This document shows, in pieces, positions 13,661 to 33,949 of a stretch of 64,000 nt of DNA (position 1 is its first letter; every line of letters starts with the position of its first letter). Position numbers and translations under genes: made by a program. The notes under the pieces were generated by a model. The model worked only from the letters and a program-made list of their open reading frames with translations, made no database searches and was not told the origin of the DNA. Location: the NCBI RefSeq assembly GCF_009914755.1, contig NC_060927.1. One strand, 5' to 3'. This stretch comes from the human T2T-CHM13v2.0 reference genome, Homo sapiens.

Positions 13661-14436
13661 GACATTGAGTCAGAGACTGAGCTAAGGCAACTCTAAGACT
13701 TATCTGTATCAGTGGAACCATTTATTGGTCTCTTTACAATTCTGTCTGCAATTGCGCTGTATCCCTGGCTAGCCAGAGAGGGCAAATGAAAAACACTAGA
13801 AACATCATTGCTGAAACTGGAGGGGAGAGCTCACATTAACTCACAGCTCCCAATCCAATGAGGAATCCCTGACTTGCCATTACACTCTGCGATTATTCTA
13901 TTAAAGAGTGCTGGCCAGTTAGTCACTGTTGCCTAATTTGCTCATTTTGGCAAATTATTTCTTCTGTGAGTAAAGCAAGGAATACTGTGCTTCTATTCAG
14001 ATCTGTCCTAAGAAACTTCCTGAATTTCTCTGGGTGCCATTTGCCCAGCCTAGAAGAGTTTGCATAGAGCCATAAGCAGGAAGAGAAGGGTCCTTCAGTT
14101 TTTCTCATACCTGTCCAACAAGAAAGCAGGCCTATCACTGAGGCAGTGATGTTGAGTGGGGACAGAGAAGCACTGATAAGAAATATGGGGTCAAATGGAA
14201 TATAATTTGCATCACTACTGCAGAATAAACCAGGAAACCTGTTTGACCTCAGGCCAACTCAATCTCTCTCTCTCTCTGGGTCTCATCTTCTATGTCTGTA
14301 AAAAAGGAGTAGAATGGGGAGGCATTGGACAGGATGATGGCTAAAGATCCCTTCCATTGGTGATACTCAGGCTTCTTGGCTCAAGGCTTCTAGGTGGAAG
14401 ACAGCCTGAGGGAGTCTGAAGCATTCACAAACTCAC

Positions 14437-14730
14437 CGAGACATCGACAGCTCCAGGGGCAAGCTCACTAGTGGGCGGCGGTTGGTGTTCATCTTCTCCA
14501 TGCCTGGAGTCAGGGTTGCTGGGTTGAGGAAGAGGGCTTCTAGGGAGGGGGCCTTGCTGGCCAGCACCCCCACCCAGCAGCAGAGAGCCCCGATGGCTTT
14601 CGTGGTCTCCAGGAAAGACTCCATCATCTGTGACTCCCTCAGGGAGTGAGATATCTCGGCCAGGGGACCGGAAATGGAACACACTGCCATGACTAGCCCG
14701 GCGTTTTCCAGAGGCGAGGCCTAGAAAAGA
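14437..14730 (-). CDS. SCN10A: Nav1.8 coding exon 11 (DI-DII loop)
   Basis: SFLGLASGKRRASHGSVF...APGAVDVS; gcccag| and |gtgagt; 294 nt, phase 0-0. Confidence 0.97.
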
Positions 14731-17700
14731 CTGGGCATTGCCCCAAAGGAGCAAGAAGGCTGGAAACTGGTCCTCTGGGAAATCTAGAGCCCAACACTTC
14801 CCTCTACCTACTCCCATTTCCCTGCCCCTGTCTTTATGACCTTTCAGTCACTAAGTAAAGGCACAAATCTAAGGGGTATTCTAGGTATGCATGGTGGGGA
14901 AAAAGAAAAAAGGAGACTCTAGATAGACTCCGGGAAAGACCAGGAGAGAGGAGAGATTACAGCGTGCTGATGCTCAGCAAATAGGTTATCATGGTCAGGA
15001 ACATGTCAGAGGAAACCTTGTCACCTGGATAGTTCAGTTGATTGCCAACCTTTGGCCACAGGGCTAGACAAAGCTGTCCTAAGTTCACTTTTCCACATGC
15101 AAAGTTGTGACCTAAGGAGGCTACTATGCACACCAGTACTGGAACATACTTGGTAAGTGGTTGTTGAATGAATAAGTGCACTTCATTGTCTGAAAATTAG
15201 GTAGTACAATTCATTAGATCCCATCTGTATGAATGTGAGAGTTTGTGTTGCAAAGGAGGAGACAAGAGCTGTACAGTGCAATGAGTTTCTAGGATCCCTC
15301 GAGGCTTGAACAGTCAACAATGGAGAGACTGAAGGAAGGGTTGCAGCCTAATTTCCTGGAAGAATAATGTCATTCCTCCAAATCAATAAACATTTCCCAT
15401 CAAAATCTTCCATTGAGGGAACTGTGTGGCTTAAAGTTGCCAGAGAAAAGAGCTAATTCATAAACCCAGAGCCCTCAGAGAATTAGTGTGCTGGGTTAGG
15501 TAGTTCCCATGACCATAGTGAAACTTGACCATAATAAACCATCATTTGTGTCCTCAGGTGGTCTATAGTATGTACAAAATCTAAACATTGACTTCATACC
15601 AAACTCTGATCATACCGATTTATTCCACTCACCTTCCTTAACTCCTTTTTATTACTAAGCTACTAAAGTGGAGAATCTTGCCAATTGGGGTTCTCCTTAC
15701 TAATCCCCTTATCTCACAGAACTGAAGTTTCCTCTCTTGATAATTTGAAGCCTGATCCTGTTTAGCAACCATTATTAAAAGCTCAGTATTATAAATAGAG
15801 TACTCTCTGCCTGTAATACATGCCCAAGGACTATAGAACTCATAAAATGCAAAAATCCTTCCAATTTTTGAAGCAAATGAGAAAAATTGACACATCCATA
15901 TTAAGGAAGGGAATACTACATTATTTGCACTTGAGCACCAAGCAAACCAATGAAGAAACTGAGAAGAAAATTTTGGTTGCATATTTGACAGCAGTGTCTC
16001 CTTGGCCACGAGTTATTTTAGAATTAAGGTTTTGACAAATGGTGGGCAATGTCTTCTGAGTATAAGCATTAGAATTGCTTTAAAATTCATCCTCTAACGA
16101 GACCAACTGGTCTGTGATTTTCCACAAAAACCCTCCTGGGTCTCTTCTATATATTCCTCTATTTAATTTCTATTGGTTATAAAATGGCTTTAGATAAAAA
16201 CTGCATTAGGTCTATTTACCACATGAATGTACCTGGGAAAAGAGGGAGAGGATGCCTTCCTGAGTGGGCTCCAATAAATCAATTAGCATTAAAGAAGTAC
16301 TTAAATGGTGCCTCCCTGTCTTTGCACATACATGTTGTTCTTTCTGCCAGGAAAATACTCCTCCCCAAACTCTCTCAAGTCTTCAATTACTAGAAGAACC
16401 CCTACATGCTATTTATTGTTGATCCCAATTATGCCTTCCTCCAGGAAGCCTTTTCTGATACCTATCCAGCCCCATAAGAGTGGATGTTTCTTCCCTGATT
16501 CTCAAAACACCATGTATGTGTCTCTAATACACTATTTAACACATAGCTGTGTTTATATCTGCCTCCTCCACCCAAATGGAAATCCTTAGGGAAAAGAACA
16601 TGTTCTAGTCATCTCTTTATACCAAGCACCTAGTATTGTTGAATGAACAAGTTACAGCTCCTCTTTTTTCCCTTTGAAAGTAAGCATCACTGGAGAGACA
16701 AGCACACATACCAATTATTGGACATCCAAGTGCTAATCTGTGTGGGGCTGACAGAATGGGGGAAATTAAAGCCCAATTCAGTGTCATTGACATTTCCATG
16801 GAAGCTGTGATTCATCCTGTTCTGTGATTGTCTGAACTGTGCCCCATGTATGCCAGGTGCTGCTCAAAAGGGGCAAAGCAAGAAAGAGGAGGGCACAGAT
16901 GCAGATAAATGCTGAAGTGTGGATGTGTCATGAGGTCAGTGTGCATGCAAGTGTGTCTGTGTTTGTATATGCACACATAAATCTGAGGGTTGGAGAGATG
17001 GTATTGCAAAAAAGTAAAATATCCTTCGGCTTAGCACAGGAAAAGAGATTGAGAGGGAAGTGAGAGGTATAAAGCATAAAAAAATAGCCATGTTGATCCC
17101 CTTTTCCACACTGTTAGTGTGGAGCCACCCTCCCACACAGCAGATATTATCTGTCAGACCTATAGAAAGGGCATATTTGGGGTAAAAGGACTTTCAAGGG
17201 GCAGGAAGGTGGTGGGAGGAAGCGTGGCGAGGAAAGTTGCAGTGCAAATTTTAGAGTGGGAGGCAGAAAGTTATTATGGGGGGAAAAGAATTGCTACAGG
17301 GTCTGAGGTGAGGTGCTGAAGCCATTCCCAGGCTGGATTGTGTCACAGAGATGGGTGCTGGAAACTTTTCTGATAACAACAGGTGACAGCTTGAATTGCA
17401 GGACCTTAGGAAGGAGGTCAGAAATTATACCCAATAATTATATAAAATTGTGAAGTGTCAATTAAAAAAAACTAAGTAAAAAAATAAAAACCACCTCGAC
17501 GCATCAGAAAAAAAAAAGGTGCATGAAGGATCTCAGCACCACGGACAGGGAACCTTGCACTCTAGAACTGCAGACCAGAGCCTCAGAAGGAAGCTGACCT
17601 TTGATGTCCGCAGACACCTTAAGATTGGCATGTTCAGTATGGGCTTCCCACCTTTCCTACAAACCGGGGTTCTTCCTCCAGTGTCCTCATCTTGGAATCA

Positions 17701-18005
17701 CCACCCATTTGATTGCCCAATCCTGAAACCTGGGAGTCAAATTGGACTCCCCTTTCCTTTTTCCACAGTCCACAATCCCAATCTTGTTGATCCACTTCCC
17801 TAAGGTGTCCTTATAATTCACCCCTTTTCCCCATCTATAATTACACTTTCCTAGTTTAAGACACCATTTTGGAGGGGTGTCTGGATCCTTTTAGGCTCTA
17901 TGCCTCCAGCTCTTTCTCTGCCACACACCTCTTCCCACTCCAACTCATTGTCTACGGCAGCTGCAATGGTGGGTAATCTTTAGAGCACAAACCTGAGCCT
18001 CTTAC

Positions 18006-18176
18006 CATCCTGCGCTGGTTGTAAGGATCAGAGCGGGGTGATTTGTTGTCTTCTGTGGAGCCCTCTGACACTCTTGGCTTTATTCTATGCCTTCTCTCAC
18101 TGGCATTTTTGGAGGTTAAAGGTGATCCATTGTGGGAGTGGAGAGAGGTTGTGTCAATCCCTAGTGCTGCTAGCAC
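18006..18176 (-). CDS. SCN10A: Nav1.8 coding exon 10 (DI-DII loop)
   Basis: VLAALGIDTTSLHSH...DPYNQRRM; tcgcag| and |gtaaga; 171 nt. Confidence 0.97.
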
Positions 18177-18891
18177 CTGCGAAGAGAGAACAGCAGGTGT
18201 AGCCAATAGTATTTGCTTGGACTTAGCATGAATGTGTCCCCCAGACATGGGGTGCCAGGGGTGAGAGATCTGAAACAGAGAAGCTGAAGGGTTAGGACCA
18301 GGGTGGTGGTGGGATTAGGCCATGGCAGGAACAGACACCTCGGGTCACCCCCACTCATTCATGGGGTACTCTGTTGGTGCCCCACCCAGATCCCTTTCAC
18401 CAGGTCAGCACAGCTATCCCGAGCTGCTTGCATGGCAGCAGCTGATGGCTCATACTTGCAGCATTCTACAAAAAAAGTCTCTTTTGGCTGCCTGCTTCTG
18501 GGATAGGTATGGGGAGGGTAAAAAAAAAAAGCTGGCCCCCTTGCCTCAAGGTAGGACTAACTGTGGTACAGGTCATGCCCCAGAGTTCCCCATGGGATCA
18601 AGCTGAAGCTGGTCTCTAGCTGAGAACACTCCTTGTTTAGTTCCACCCTCTGCCCCATTCTGTTTTGCTTCATTCGCTTTCTCCTGAGAGCACTCCCTCA
18701 ATAGGTCACTTGCACAAGAATCCTCACTTAGCTTCTTCTTTGAGAAAACCTGATCTAATATGGTCCCTGAGGCAAGATGATTCCTCCTATAGCTCCCTAA
18801 ACGGTGCCCTAATTGAAGTGGCTAGTCCAGAACAGTATCCAAGAATGGACAGTCTGCAACCTTCTTCACAAAGCTTCCACTCCTCACAAAC

Positions 18892-19089
18892 CTCCTGCTC
18901 CTTCCGGAGCATCTCGAGGGCCTCCTGGAACTTCTTCTCCTTTGCTTCAATTTCATCAGTGGTTGCCTGGTTCTGCTCCTCATACGCCATGGTGACTACA
19001 GCCAAGATCAAGTTGACCAGGTAGAAAGATCCCAGGAAGATTACGAGCACAAAAAAGATCATATAGATTTTCCCAGAAGTCCTCAGGGT
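18892..19089 (-). CDS. SCN10A: Nav1.8 coding exon 9 (DI S6)
   Basis: [40 protein letters not shown]...LRKEQE; ctgcag| and |gtttgt; 198 nt. Confidence 0.98.
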
Positions 19090-19235
19090 CTGCAGGTTCA
19101 AGGGAAAGAAGAGAAACCTGTACCCATAGCACATGGACCCCTGAATTTAAGTCAGCCTCCTCCAGGAAAAGCACAGCCATGCAGCTGACCCACCAGCCTC
19201 CAACCAAGTCTGCGTGGGGGAATGCAGCTCAGTAC

Positions 19236-19377
19236 CTGCTGGTAGAGGCGTTCCCAGGAATCCTGTGTCATGAGGCGGAACAGTGAGAGGAAAGCCCAAG
19301 CAAAGGAATCAAAGCTGGTGTAGTTAAAATCCGGGTTGTCAGAAGTTTTAAGGCAGATATAACCATCAGGGCAGTGG
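19236..19377 (-). CDS. SCN10A: Nav1.8 coding exon 8 (DI pore loop, selectivity filter D356)
   Basis: [47 protein letters not shown]; ctgcag| and |gtactg; 142 nt. Confidence 0.97.
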
Positions 19378-21797
19378 CTGCAGCAAGAACAGAGAAGGTC
19401 ATCCCCTGCTTATTGCAGACAAGGTAGCCCAGGGCTGCGAGACAACCACAGAGTTTTATGTCAGAGATCAGAGTTCAAGACCTAGTCTTCCTCTTATTAG
19501 CAGGATGATCTTGGACACTTGGTCTGTTTAGGTATTGGTTTCTGTTATCCATAAAACGGGGACGCTAATACTTTCACGTCAGAATTTCATACACAGGGGA
19601 GTGGCCTGGGGAAGGCAGCTGACTGCCCAGACACGATACTATAAGCTCTTTGCCAGTTCATACCAGGGAAATGAGAGTCAGTAGCAATAACGCAGACTTA
19701 AAACCTGAGCCTGTTGGCATCATCTGCAGAGTTGTCTATCAAGGGAGGTCTCACATTAGCCAAGTTCACTGATTAATTATATGTAACAGTGGAAATAACA
19801 CTTTCCACTTACTGAGCACTTTCTGTGTTCTTCTCTCTCCCTTTAAGTGCTTTACAAACACTATAATTTAATCACTCAATGTTCTTTCTTTACAGATAAG
19901 GAATCTGGGGGTCAGAAAGAAGTCAGTTGCCTAAAACTACGCAGGTGTCAATATATTTATTAAAAGGAGAAATATAACTGTCAAGTAGCCCAATACTTGA
20001 GTCAGCCTAGCCTCCTCCTGAAGATGGCCTATGAAGGAAGGCCAGATTAAAAATGACTGCCTGGTGAGTATTGAGGTGGGAATGCTGAACTCCTTCCTCT
20101 CTCTCATAATAGGAGGATGAGTTGATGTCAAGAAGCATCTGTCAGCTCAGGGAGCGTAAAGTGCTCTCATCCACCCTAGCAGAGATGGCCTGATCAATGA
20201 AACAGCAATGCCTCGTTTGAAGTCCAGAATTATTTTTTTAAATTTTTTTCTTTTTCTCCTGTTTTATTTACCTGCATTCCTTGTGAATACATGGAATTCT
20301 TTTACTCCCAGGATTTCTCCATGAACTCCAACCTCCGGGGCTCTCCTTATCCCAGACATCCATGTGAACAACCCATACCATGGATTAGAGCTCTGACAAC
20401 TTAATTCTAATCAGTTCCAAGTCTATCTCCACTTCGATTGAAGATTGCAAGTTCCCTGGCTTTGTAGACCCACATTTAAAGATAGGCTCTTGGTTTGCTC
20501 TTCCAAGGGGCTAGGCAACCCATTTCCTGTAGGTTTCTTAATTAACTCTGAGGGCAGCCTTGTTTCTATGTCTTCTGTAGAAATCCACCATAGCCACTGC
20601 ATATAAACAGTTCACTGCTCTGAGGATTAAATGAGATCACTGTATAGTGTCTTGCACTTCTGCATAGTAAATATTGTATATAAACTGCAAAGGAAAATTC
20701 CTATTGTTTTTAACCTTGGAAGCTGCTGAAAGGATAAACTGGAATAATATATGTGGAAGAACACTGAAAATTATCAACTATTTTCTGGTATCCATTTTCT
20801 GCCTTGAGACCCCTGACCTTCCTCCCACAGTGCCATTGGCCAATGTGGGCCTTTCCTCAGGACTCTGGCTTCTCTGCAGCCCCACAGAGGACCCAGGTTT
20901 AGCTTTCATGGCATGCCCCGGCAGGGTTCACTCTGTCCGTTATCCTGAGCTGGCCTCTCTCTGCCATCCCAGCCTGGTCCACTCCCCCACTGCCTGGCTG
21001 GCACCTGCCCAATAGCAGGCCTGGCCTCTCAGGGAGCTGAGCTGTAGAGGTGTGTAGATGGACCCAACAACTTTACCACAAAAAGGACTTGAGCTGCTCT
21101 GGAGCCATTGCCTTGAGAAATGCCATTATCTAGACAGAAGGATGCTGAGGGGCTCTTGGTTTACATTTAAGTCAAAGGCAAATGAAAACTGATGTCAGAA
21201 CAACCCTCTCATGAGCCAAAGAACCAAATGCCAAGTGCATTTGTGAAAGAACAGTCCAAGGAACCTGATGTTGACCAAATGCTCCTGCTTGTTTCCAGTC
21301 CTCAGCTCCAACTGAGATAGTTTTCCTAGTGAGCTGATGAAGGTGGAGCCTCATGCAGGCTCCACACAGGTCGACCTGGGCAACATGGAGCCGTCAGCCT
21401 CTCAGGCACTGGGGGTGTTGTGAGCTCTGCTTTTCCAAGCTCTCAGCCATGGAGGTGGGTGAGATGGGCCTTTTTGATCTTTTGCCTAAAGTCTTTCTGC
21501 TCATGCCTTCCTCCAGTGGCCAAAGCAGCAGGCAGAGCTGAGGGGTCCTCATCCCTTAGCTTTGTCTCACATTCTGTTCTGCCACCTGGAATGGTCTTCA
21601 CTGAAACTATCTCGTATTCACCCAGCCTGGAGACATCCTACCTGCCCTTGAAAGCTCACCTCAAACACCACCTCCAGGAAGCCTTCCCTACTTTCTCTCT
21701 TGCCTCACACCGCCACCTCACTGTGTTTGCCCAGCCTATGAAGCCTCTAGTAAAGAACTTGTTTTCCACAGGGTAGCATCTTTATGTCTATGAATGA

Positions 21798-22130
21798 GAA
21801 ATTGCAAACTAGCAGCTTATAGGCTGGATTTGGCCCACAGAAATATTTTGTTTGGCCCAACAATATGTAGACATTTTTTGGAATAGGTAGCCAATGTTTA
21901 CGGTTGGGAGATTTTATATAAAAATCTAAATTTCCTATCTCTATTTTAAAAGTTGGAAGAGCTGGAAACAGTGAACCCACATTTCCACATGGCAACCAAA
22001 AGCTGGACCGAGCAGTGGGGCTGTCCCCTTTAGAGGAGGCATGAACTCTCAGCTCCTAGGTTCCCTCCTGGCCCACTCCACTCATTTGTTGTTATGAATC
22101 TGGCCTCTGTAAGAATTCGAAATTGCAAAG
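21798..22130. mobile_element. MER102-like hAT MITE
   Basis: gcaaact...ggcccacagaaatattttgtttggccc...cccacatttccacatggcaac. Confidence 0.6.
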
Positions 22131-22244
22131 TCTGATACATGTGTTTTTTCCTCTACTTGTGAGGGTAATGTGGCTATAGAATGGAGTTAGCTGTGATGAT
22201 TAAGTGTAGAGCATTTGACACAAATAAGTATTGGTTCCTTCCTG

Positions 22245-22740
22245 GGGTAGATTATTTATTAAAATGGCTATAATTCTTGTCTCTATGTATCCACACCCTT
22301 TCCAATGTGACTTTTCAGCTCTTTCCATTGAGTGATGAAGTCTATTTCTCTGTCTCTTGGATCTCTACTGGACTGCAACTTGCTTTAGTCAAGAATGTAT
22401 CAGAATGTACAAAAGGTACATTGTGTTGGTTCTAAGCCTAGGCCTGAAGAAGCCTTGCAAACTTCCACTGTTTTTCTGGGAACACTGCCATGAGAACAGG
22501 CCCAGGCTAACCTGTTTGGGGGTGAGAGGCCACATGAGCAGAGACAGGACGTCCTAGACCAGCCATCTCCAAGTTAATATGCTGTCTGCATATGCATGAA
22601 TGAGCCTAGTCAATGTCACCCAATGCCCATCTGATCCCAGTCCAAAATGCTGATGCACAGAATCATGAATTAAATACATTGTTGTTTTAATTCACAAAAT
22701 TTTGGGGTCATTTGTTACACAGCGAAAGCTAACTCATACA
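22245..22740 (+). mobile_element. MLT1 (G/H-like) MaLR solo LTR
   Basis: aaaatggct...gttctaagcctaggcctgaagaagcc...tttggggtcatttgttacacagcgaaagctaactcataca. Confidence 0.7.
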
Positions 22741-22898
22741 TTCCCTCCCCATGAGCTCTGGGTTGGCAAAGGCCATGATTTATTTATTTATACATCTTTC
22801 CCAGGACCTGCAACCCCATCTGTGCCCATAATATGCCAAGGACAAGATGGAGAAGGAATTGTTGGGCACTCGTGCTTTGTCATAAGTTGGGAACTCAC

Positions 22899-22965
22899 CC
22901 TGAGTCAGATCCATTGCCACACAGTAAGGGGTCAGAAGTGCCTCGCTTATTTATGTAGATATCTG
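22899..22965 (-). CDS. SCN10A: Nav1.8 coding exon 7 (DI extracellular loop)
   Basis: (P)DIYINKRGTSDPLLCGNGSDS(G); ttcttcag|CAG and |gtgagt; 67 nt. Confidence 0.95.
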
Positions 22966-23409
22966 CTGAAGAAAGGAAGAAAAGAAAGCCTCACAGATGG
23001 TTCTGAACCCTCCAACCCAAGCCTTGTGTGGTGAATGCAATATTCCCAAGTCTTCCAAAGTGAGCTCCTTTGGCTACATGTACTCAGTGGGCATGCTGGG
23101 CCACATGGAAGTTGTAAAGTCACATCTGAAAAGAGAAGAGCTAAGCAGTGACTTCGGCTCTCAATCTCCCCCAGCAGAGGTAGAATGACTTGCCTCTAGA
23201 TTTATGGCTCATTTCCTTGCAAGAGGGATGCTGAGCAACAGGAAATAGAATACCCAAAAGTAAAACACAACTCAAGAGAACCATTTTGGCAGGAAAGGGG
23301 AGTCAAAATATATGTCTATACACACACACAGGGGCTCCATATCCCCTGTCCCTATATGATACCAAGGGTCCAACCAGACCTTGGTCCCTATGGAAGAGAC
23401 TCCACTCAC

Positions 23410-23601
23410 GTTTTCTGTGAGATGAGTAGTTGGTTGTCTCATTGACAGCCATGTCATTCTTGACACATTTATTTTTGAGGTTGCCCTTGAAGAGTTGCAG
23501 CCCCACCAAGGCAAAAACACTTAGGCAGAAGATGGTGAGGATGGTCACATCAGCCAGTTTCTTCACTGAGTGAATCAGGGCCCCCACAATGACCTTCAGG
23601 C
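23410..23601 (-). CDS. SCN10A: Nav1.8 coding exon 6 (DI S5)
   Basis: [18 protein letters not shown]...[11 protein letters not shown]; ccgcag| and |gtgagt; 192 nt. Confidence 0.98.
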
Positions 23602-24024
23602 CTGCGGGAAGATGACAGTGGTATGACCACATGGATGAGGTAGCACACACGGAGCACACTTCTTCATCTTAGCCATCCTCCTTCATCTCTACATACAGGA
23701 GTGAAGTATGTACACACTCCAGGGCAGTTCCAAGACCTTTCTCATCCGAAGCTTGCATTTACTCTGAGAGGCAGGCAGAGAGTCAGGGGCTATTCTCATT
23801 ATAAAGACGATGCAACTGAGACCCAGGCAATGCATTTTTTATCATCTTGAGGCTAATAAAATTCCTGACACTAGCAATTCAATTTAAATAATTTATGCTG
23901 AGTACCTACTTTTTCCAGGCACTGTGCTAGGCATGAAGCTACTAACTTCACCCCAGTAATTTGGCATCTGTCTTTCTGCATGCATCTGGGAGGCAGCTTG
24001 AGACTTGGGACACATGAACCTCAC

Positions 24025-24033
24025 TGTGTGTGA

Positions 24034-24092
<59 letters not shown>
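24025..24092. repeat. Compound (TG)n(AG)n microsatellite, intron 5
   Basis: direct read. Confidence 0.92.
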
Positions 24093-24093
<1 letters not shown>

Positions 24094-25714
24094 TGCAAGA
24101 GAGATAGAGTGAAACAAAAATAGACCAAGAGAAAGAAAAAGAAAGAGACACAGAGAAACAGAGAGGTGAGTTTAGCAATAGAAAGAGACTATAAGAAACA
24201 CTGAGACAGTCACTGGGGCATAAATAGAACTTGTGCCAAGCACAGCTGGCAGCAAAGAAGGATACACCTGCTTGTTTAAGGAGGGATGATTTGTTGCTCT
24301 GGTAAGTAAAATCAACTTCTTTGGGAGAGCAGCTTCACAGGTAGCAGAAAGAGCTCTAACCAGGGAAGCAATCTAGGATTTATTTTTGGTTAGTCATTTT
24401 GGTCAGCAAATAATCCACTGAGCACTACATGTGTCAGTCCCTGGACTGGGAGCTGAGTGATGGCTAAGGCAGCAGCATGTCGAGTGCCGTTGTCTGACAA
24501 TTGAGGGGAAAGTCTGTAGCATTACTGAGCAGATGGGCACACAGGGGAGCAGCCCTTAACTGAAGTTCCAGAGGTGGGAATGGGGTGGGTGGAGTGTGAG
24601 GAAGGTGGGAAAACCAGGGAGGAGGTAAAACCTTGGCAGAGCCCTGAGGAATGAGTGTGAGTTGAGTAAAGAGAGGAGGAAGGATATCCCAGAAGAAGGG
24701 GCAGCACAGTAGAAGGCTGGGAGGTGAGCAATGGTGTGGAGTATTTGCAGAACCGTAGGTGGATTCCAGAGCATGGTGAGATGTGAGGAGAGGTGAGAGA
24801 TGAGGCAGAAGAGACAGTATGGACAGACCAGGTCTTGCAAATAAGACTCAGGGTCTTCCCAGTTGAGAGTAAGTGAGAGAGATATGAAGGGGCAGGACCA
24901 GGGCTCTCTTCAAGAGGTGTGTCCAGTGGGAATTGGCAGAGAGTTTCCTATCTTTCCCTGCAGAGCCAGACAAGAAATGGTAGAAAAGACTTCCACTCTA
25001 GAATGGGTGTTTCTGTTTACAGATAAGAGAACGAATTCTTGGGGTGAGAGGAGAGAACCCATCAGGCCACAGAGGGGAAGCATCAAGTCCCATTTCAGAA
25101 AGTTTGCCTTGTCTCTGGCCTCCCCATCCTCACCATCAACCTCATGGGGGCTGAAGAGTAGTCGCTGGGCTACTGGTGACAGTGGAGATCTTAGAGGCCC
25201 CACACAATGAGCTTTGATGGACTACTTTTGTTTCTGAATTCTCAGTAATCAAGAATTGCCTAATTCTTTTTTCCTCTGGGTGTCTAAAGACAGGATTTTA
25301 GACCTATGGAAACAGTGAAGATACTGGGACTGCTTTCTCCCTTCCTCCCCATTTCCAAGTTTAATCCTTTAGTTTAAGGTATAAATCAAAATTCAACTGA
25401 GGGGTCTTGCCTGAATCCCACAACCAGAACAGAAAGTGAAGACATGCCCCTCCTGTTACGTATTGATTGTGAGGCCATGTGGTATGTGGGAAGAGCACTG
25501 GCCTAGGAGTTGGGACAATAGGCTTCCAGGTCACACTGTCTCTTACTAGTGAAGAGGCCTTGGGTTTATGTTTCCTATACTCCAGGCCTCAGTTCCTTTG
25601 TCTTGTAAGTGGGGACAATAGTCTTTGCCCTGGAACCTTACAGGGTTCTTGTGAAAATTAGAGAAGGGAGTTAGGCTGTGAAAACCAACATATGCTCTGT
25701 GAATAAATGCTCAC

Positions 25715-25806
25715 CTGGGATCACAGAAACTGTTTTTAATGCTCTAAGAACTCTGAATGTCCGCAGGCCTGAGATCCCACGGAGATCTATTGCTGTGCCA
25801 ACATAT
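25715..25806 (-). CDS. SCN10A: Nav1.8 coding exon 5 (DI S3-S4 voltage sensor)
   Basis: [30 protein letters not shown](G); ctacag| and |gtgagc; 92 nt. Confidence 0.98.
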
Positions 25807-26366
25807 CTGTAGGACCAGAAGTTAGTCAGCATCTCTGCAAGCAAGGGTCCTGGGGATGCATGCAGCATAAATAAGGATAACCTGGGGTATCATTAGCCTA
25901 GAAAGGATGCAGAATGGACACTTAGAATCTAGTGACACTGCCATCTATAGACTGACACTGACACTGATTTCATTATTGCAACATCTTTCAGAGTGGACCC
26001 TTTGAGAAGATGCATTGTGATCTAGGCAACACTGCATGTGGACGGATCTTCAAACACAGGAGTTTGACCAACCAGTCTCCTCAGACACTGATTTCTCAGA
26101 AGGAGACCTCCATGTCAGGGGGGTACAAGGCTGGGCCTTTTCTGATCCACTGTGACAGGCTAACTGTTATCTCAGATTTGAGGTCTCTGACATCTCCTCA
26201 TGGGCATGGGACTAATCTTGGAAAGCAACCCCCGAAGCGGTACTCTGTGGCAAGAACCCCAGGCCATACAATTCCAAATGAGGAAGCTGAACTGAGATGA
26301 AGAACCTTCTTCAGAGTGTGAGCCTGGATACACCCATAAGCCCCACATGGACACCCATGCAAATCT

Positions 26367-33458
<7,092 letters not shown>

Positions 33459-33492
33459 TCACACATGCAGATCTGCATAGAGATATACTCAC

Positions 33493-33621
33493 GCCAGGGT
33501 AATGACGCTAAAATCCAGCCAGTTCCAAGGATCTCTCAGGTACGTGAACTCATTTAGACAAAATCCTCTTGCCAGTATCTTTATCAAGGCTTCAAAGGTG
33601 TAAATGACAGTGAAGACATAT
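33493..33621 (-). CDS. SCN10A: Nav1.8 coding exon 4 (DI S2-S3)
   Basis: [42 protein letters not shown](A); ttcccag| and |gtgagt; 129 nt. Confidence 0.97.
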
Positions 33622-33949
33622 CTGGGAAGGAGGGTAGAAAAGGAGTGTCAACTGTGCCATGGAGTGTACTCAGGGGGTTCCTTCTTCCAGGAGGGAGGGA
33701 TGACCTGCTCTGACTGCTCCAAGAAAAAACATGCAAAGAATATCACCAAGGTGATGAGGGGGAAGAAGGTAAGGAGAGGAAACAAGACACAGACTGAGGG
33801 AAAAAGAAGGGCCACACAAATAGATGGAGTGGGGAGGGATGTGTGTGGCTGGGACAGCCAGCAGCTTCTGCTGTTCTGGGGTTAGGCAGAGGGCAGTAGC
33901 GGGTGAAGAGCAAGGATTCTCCTGTTTATGTCTGCCAGGGCCTCCCTAT

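Noticed and set aside
14731-14817. ORF-track extensions beyond exon boundaries (also 18787-18891, 55859-55951, 23303-23409)
   Set aside because: Intronic read-through past clear splice sites; not part of Nav1.8
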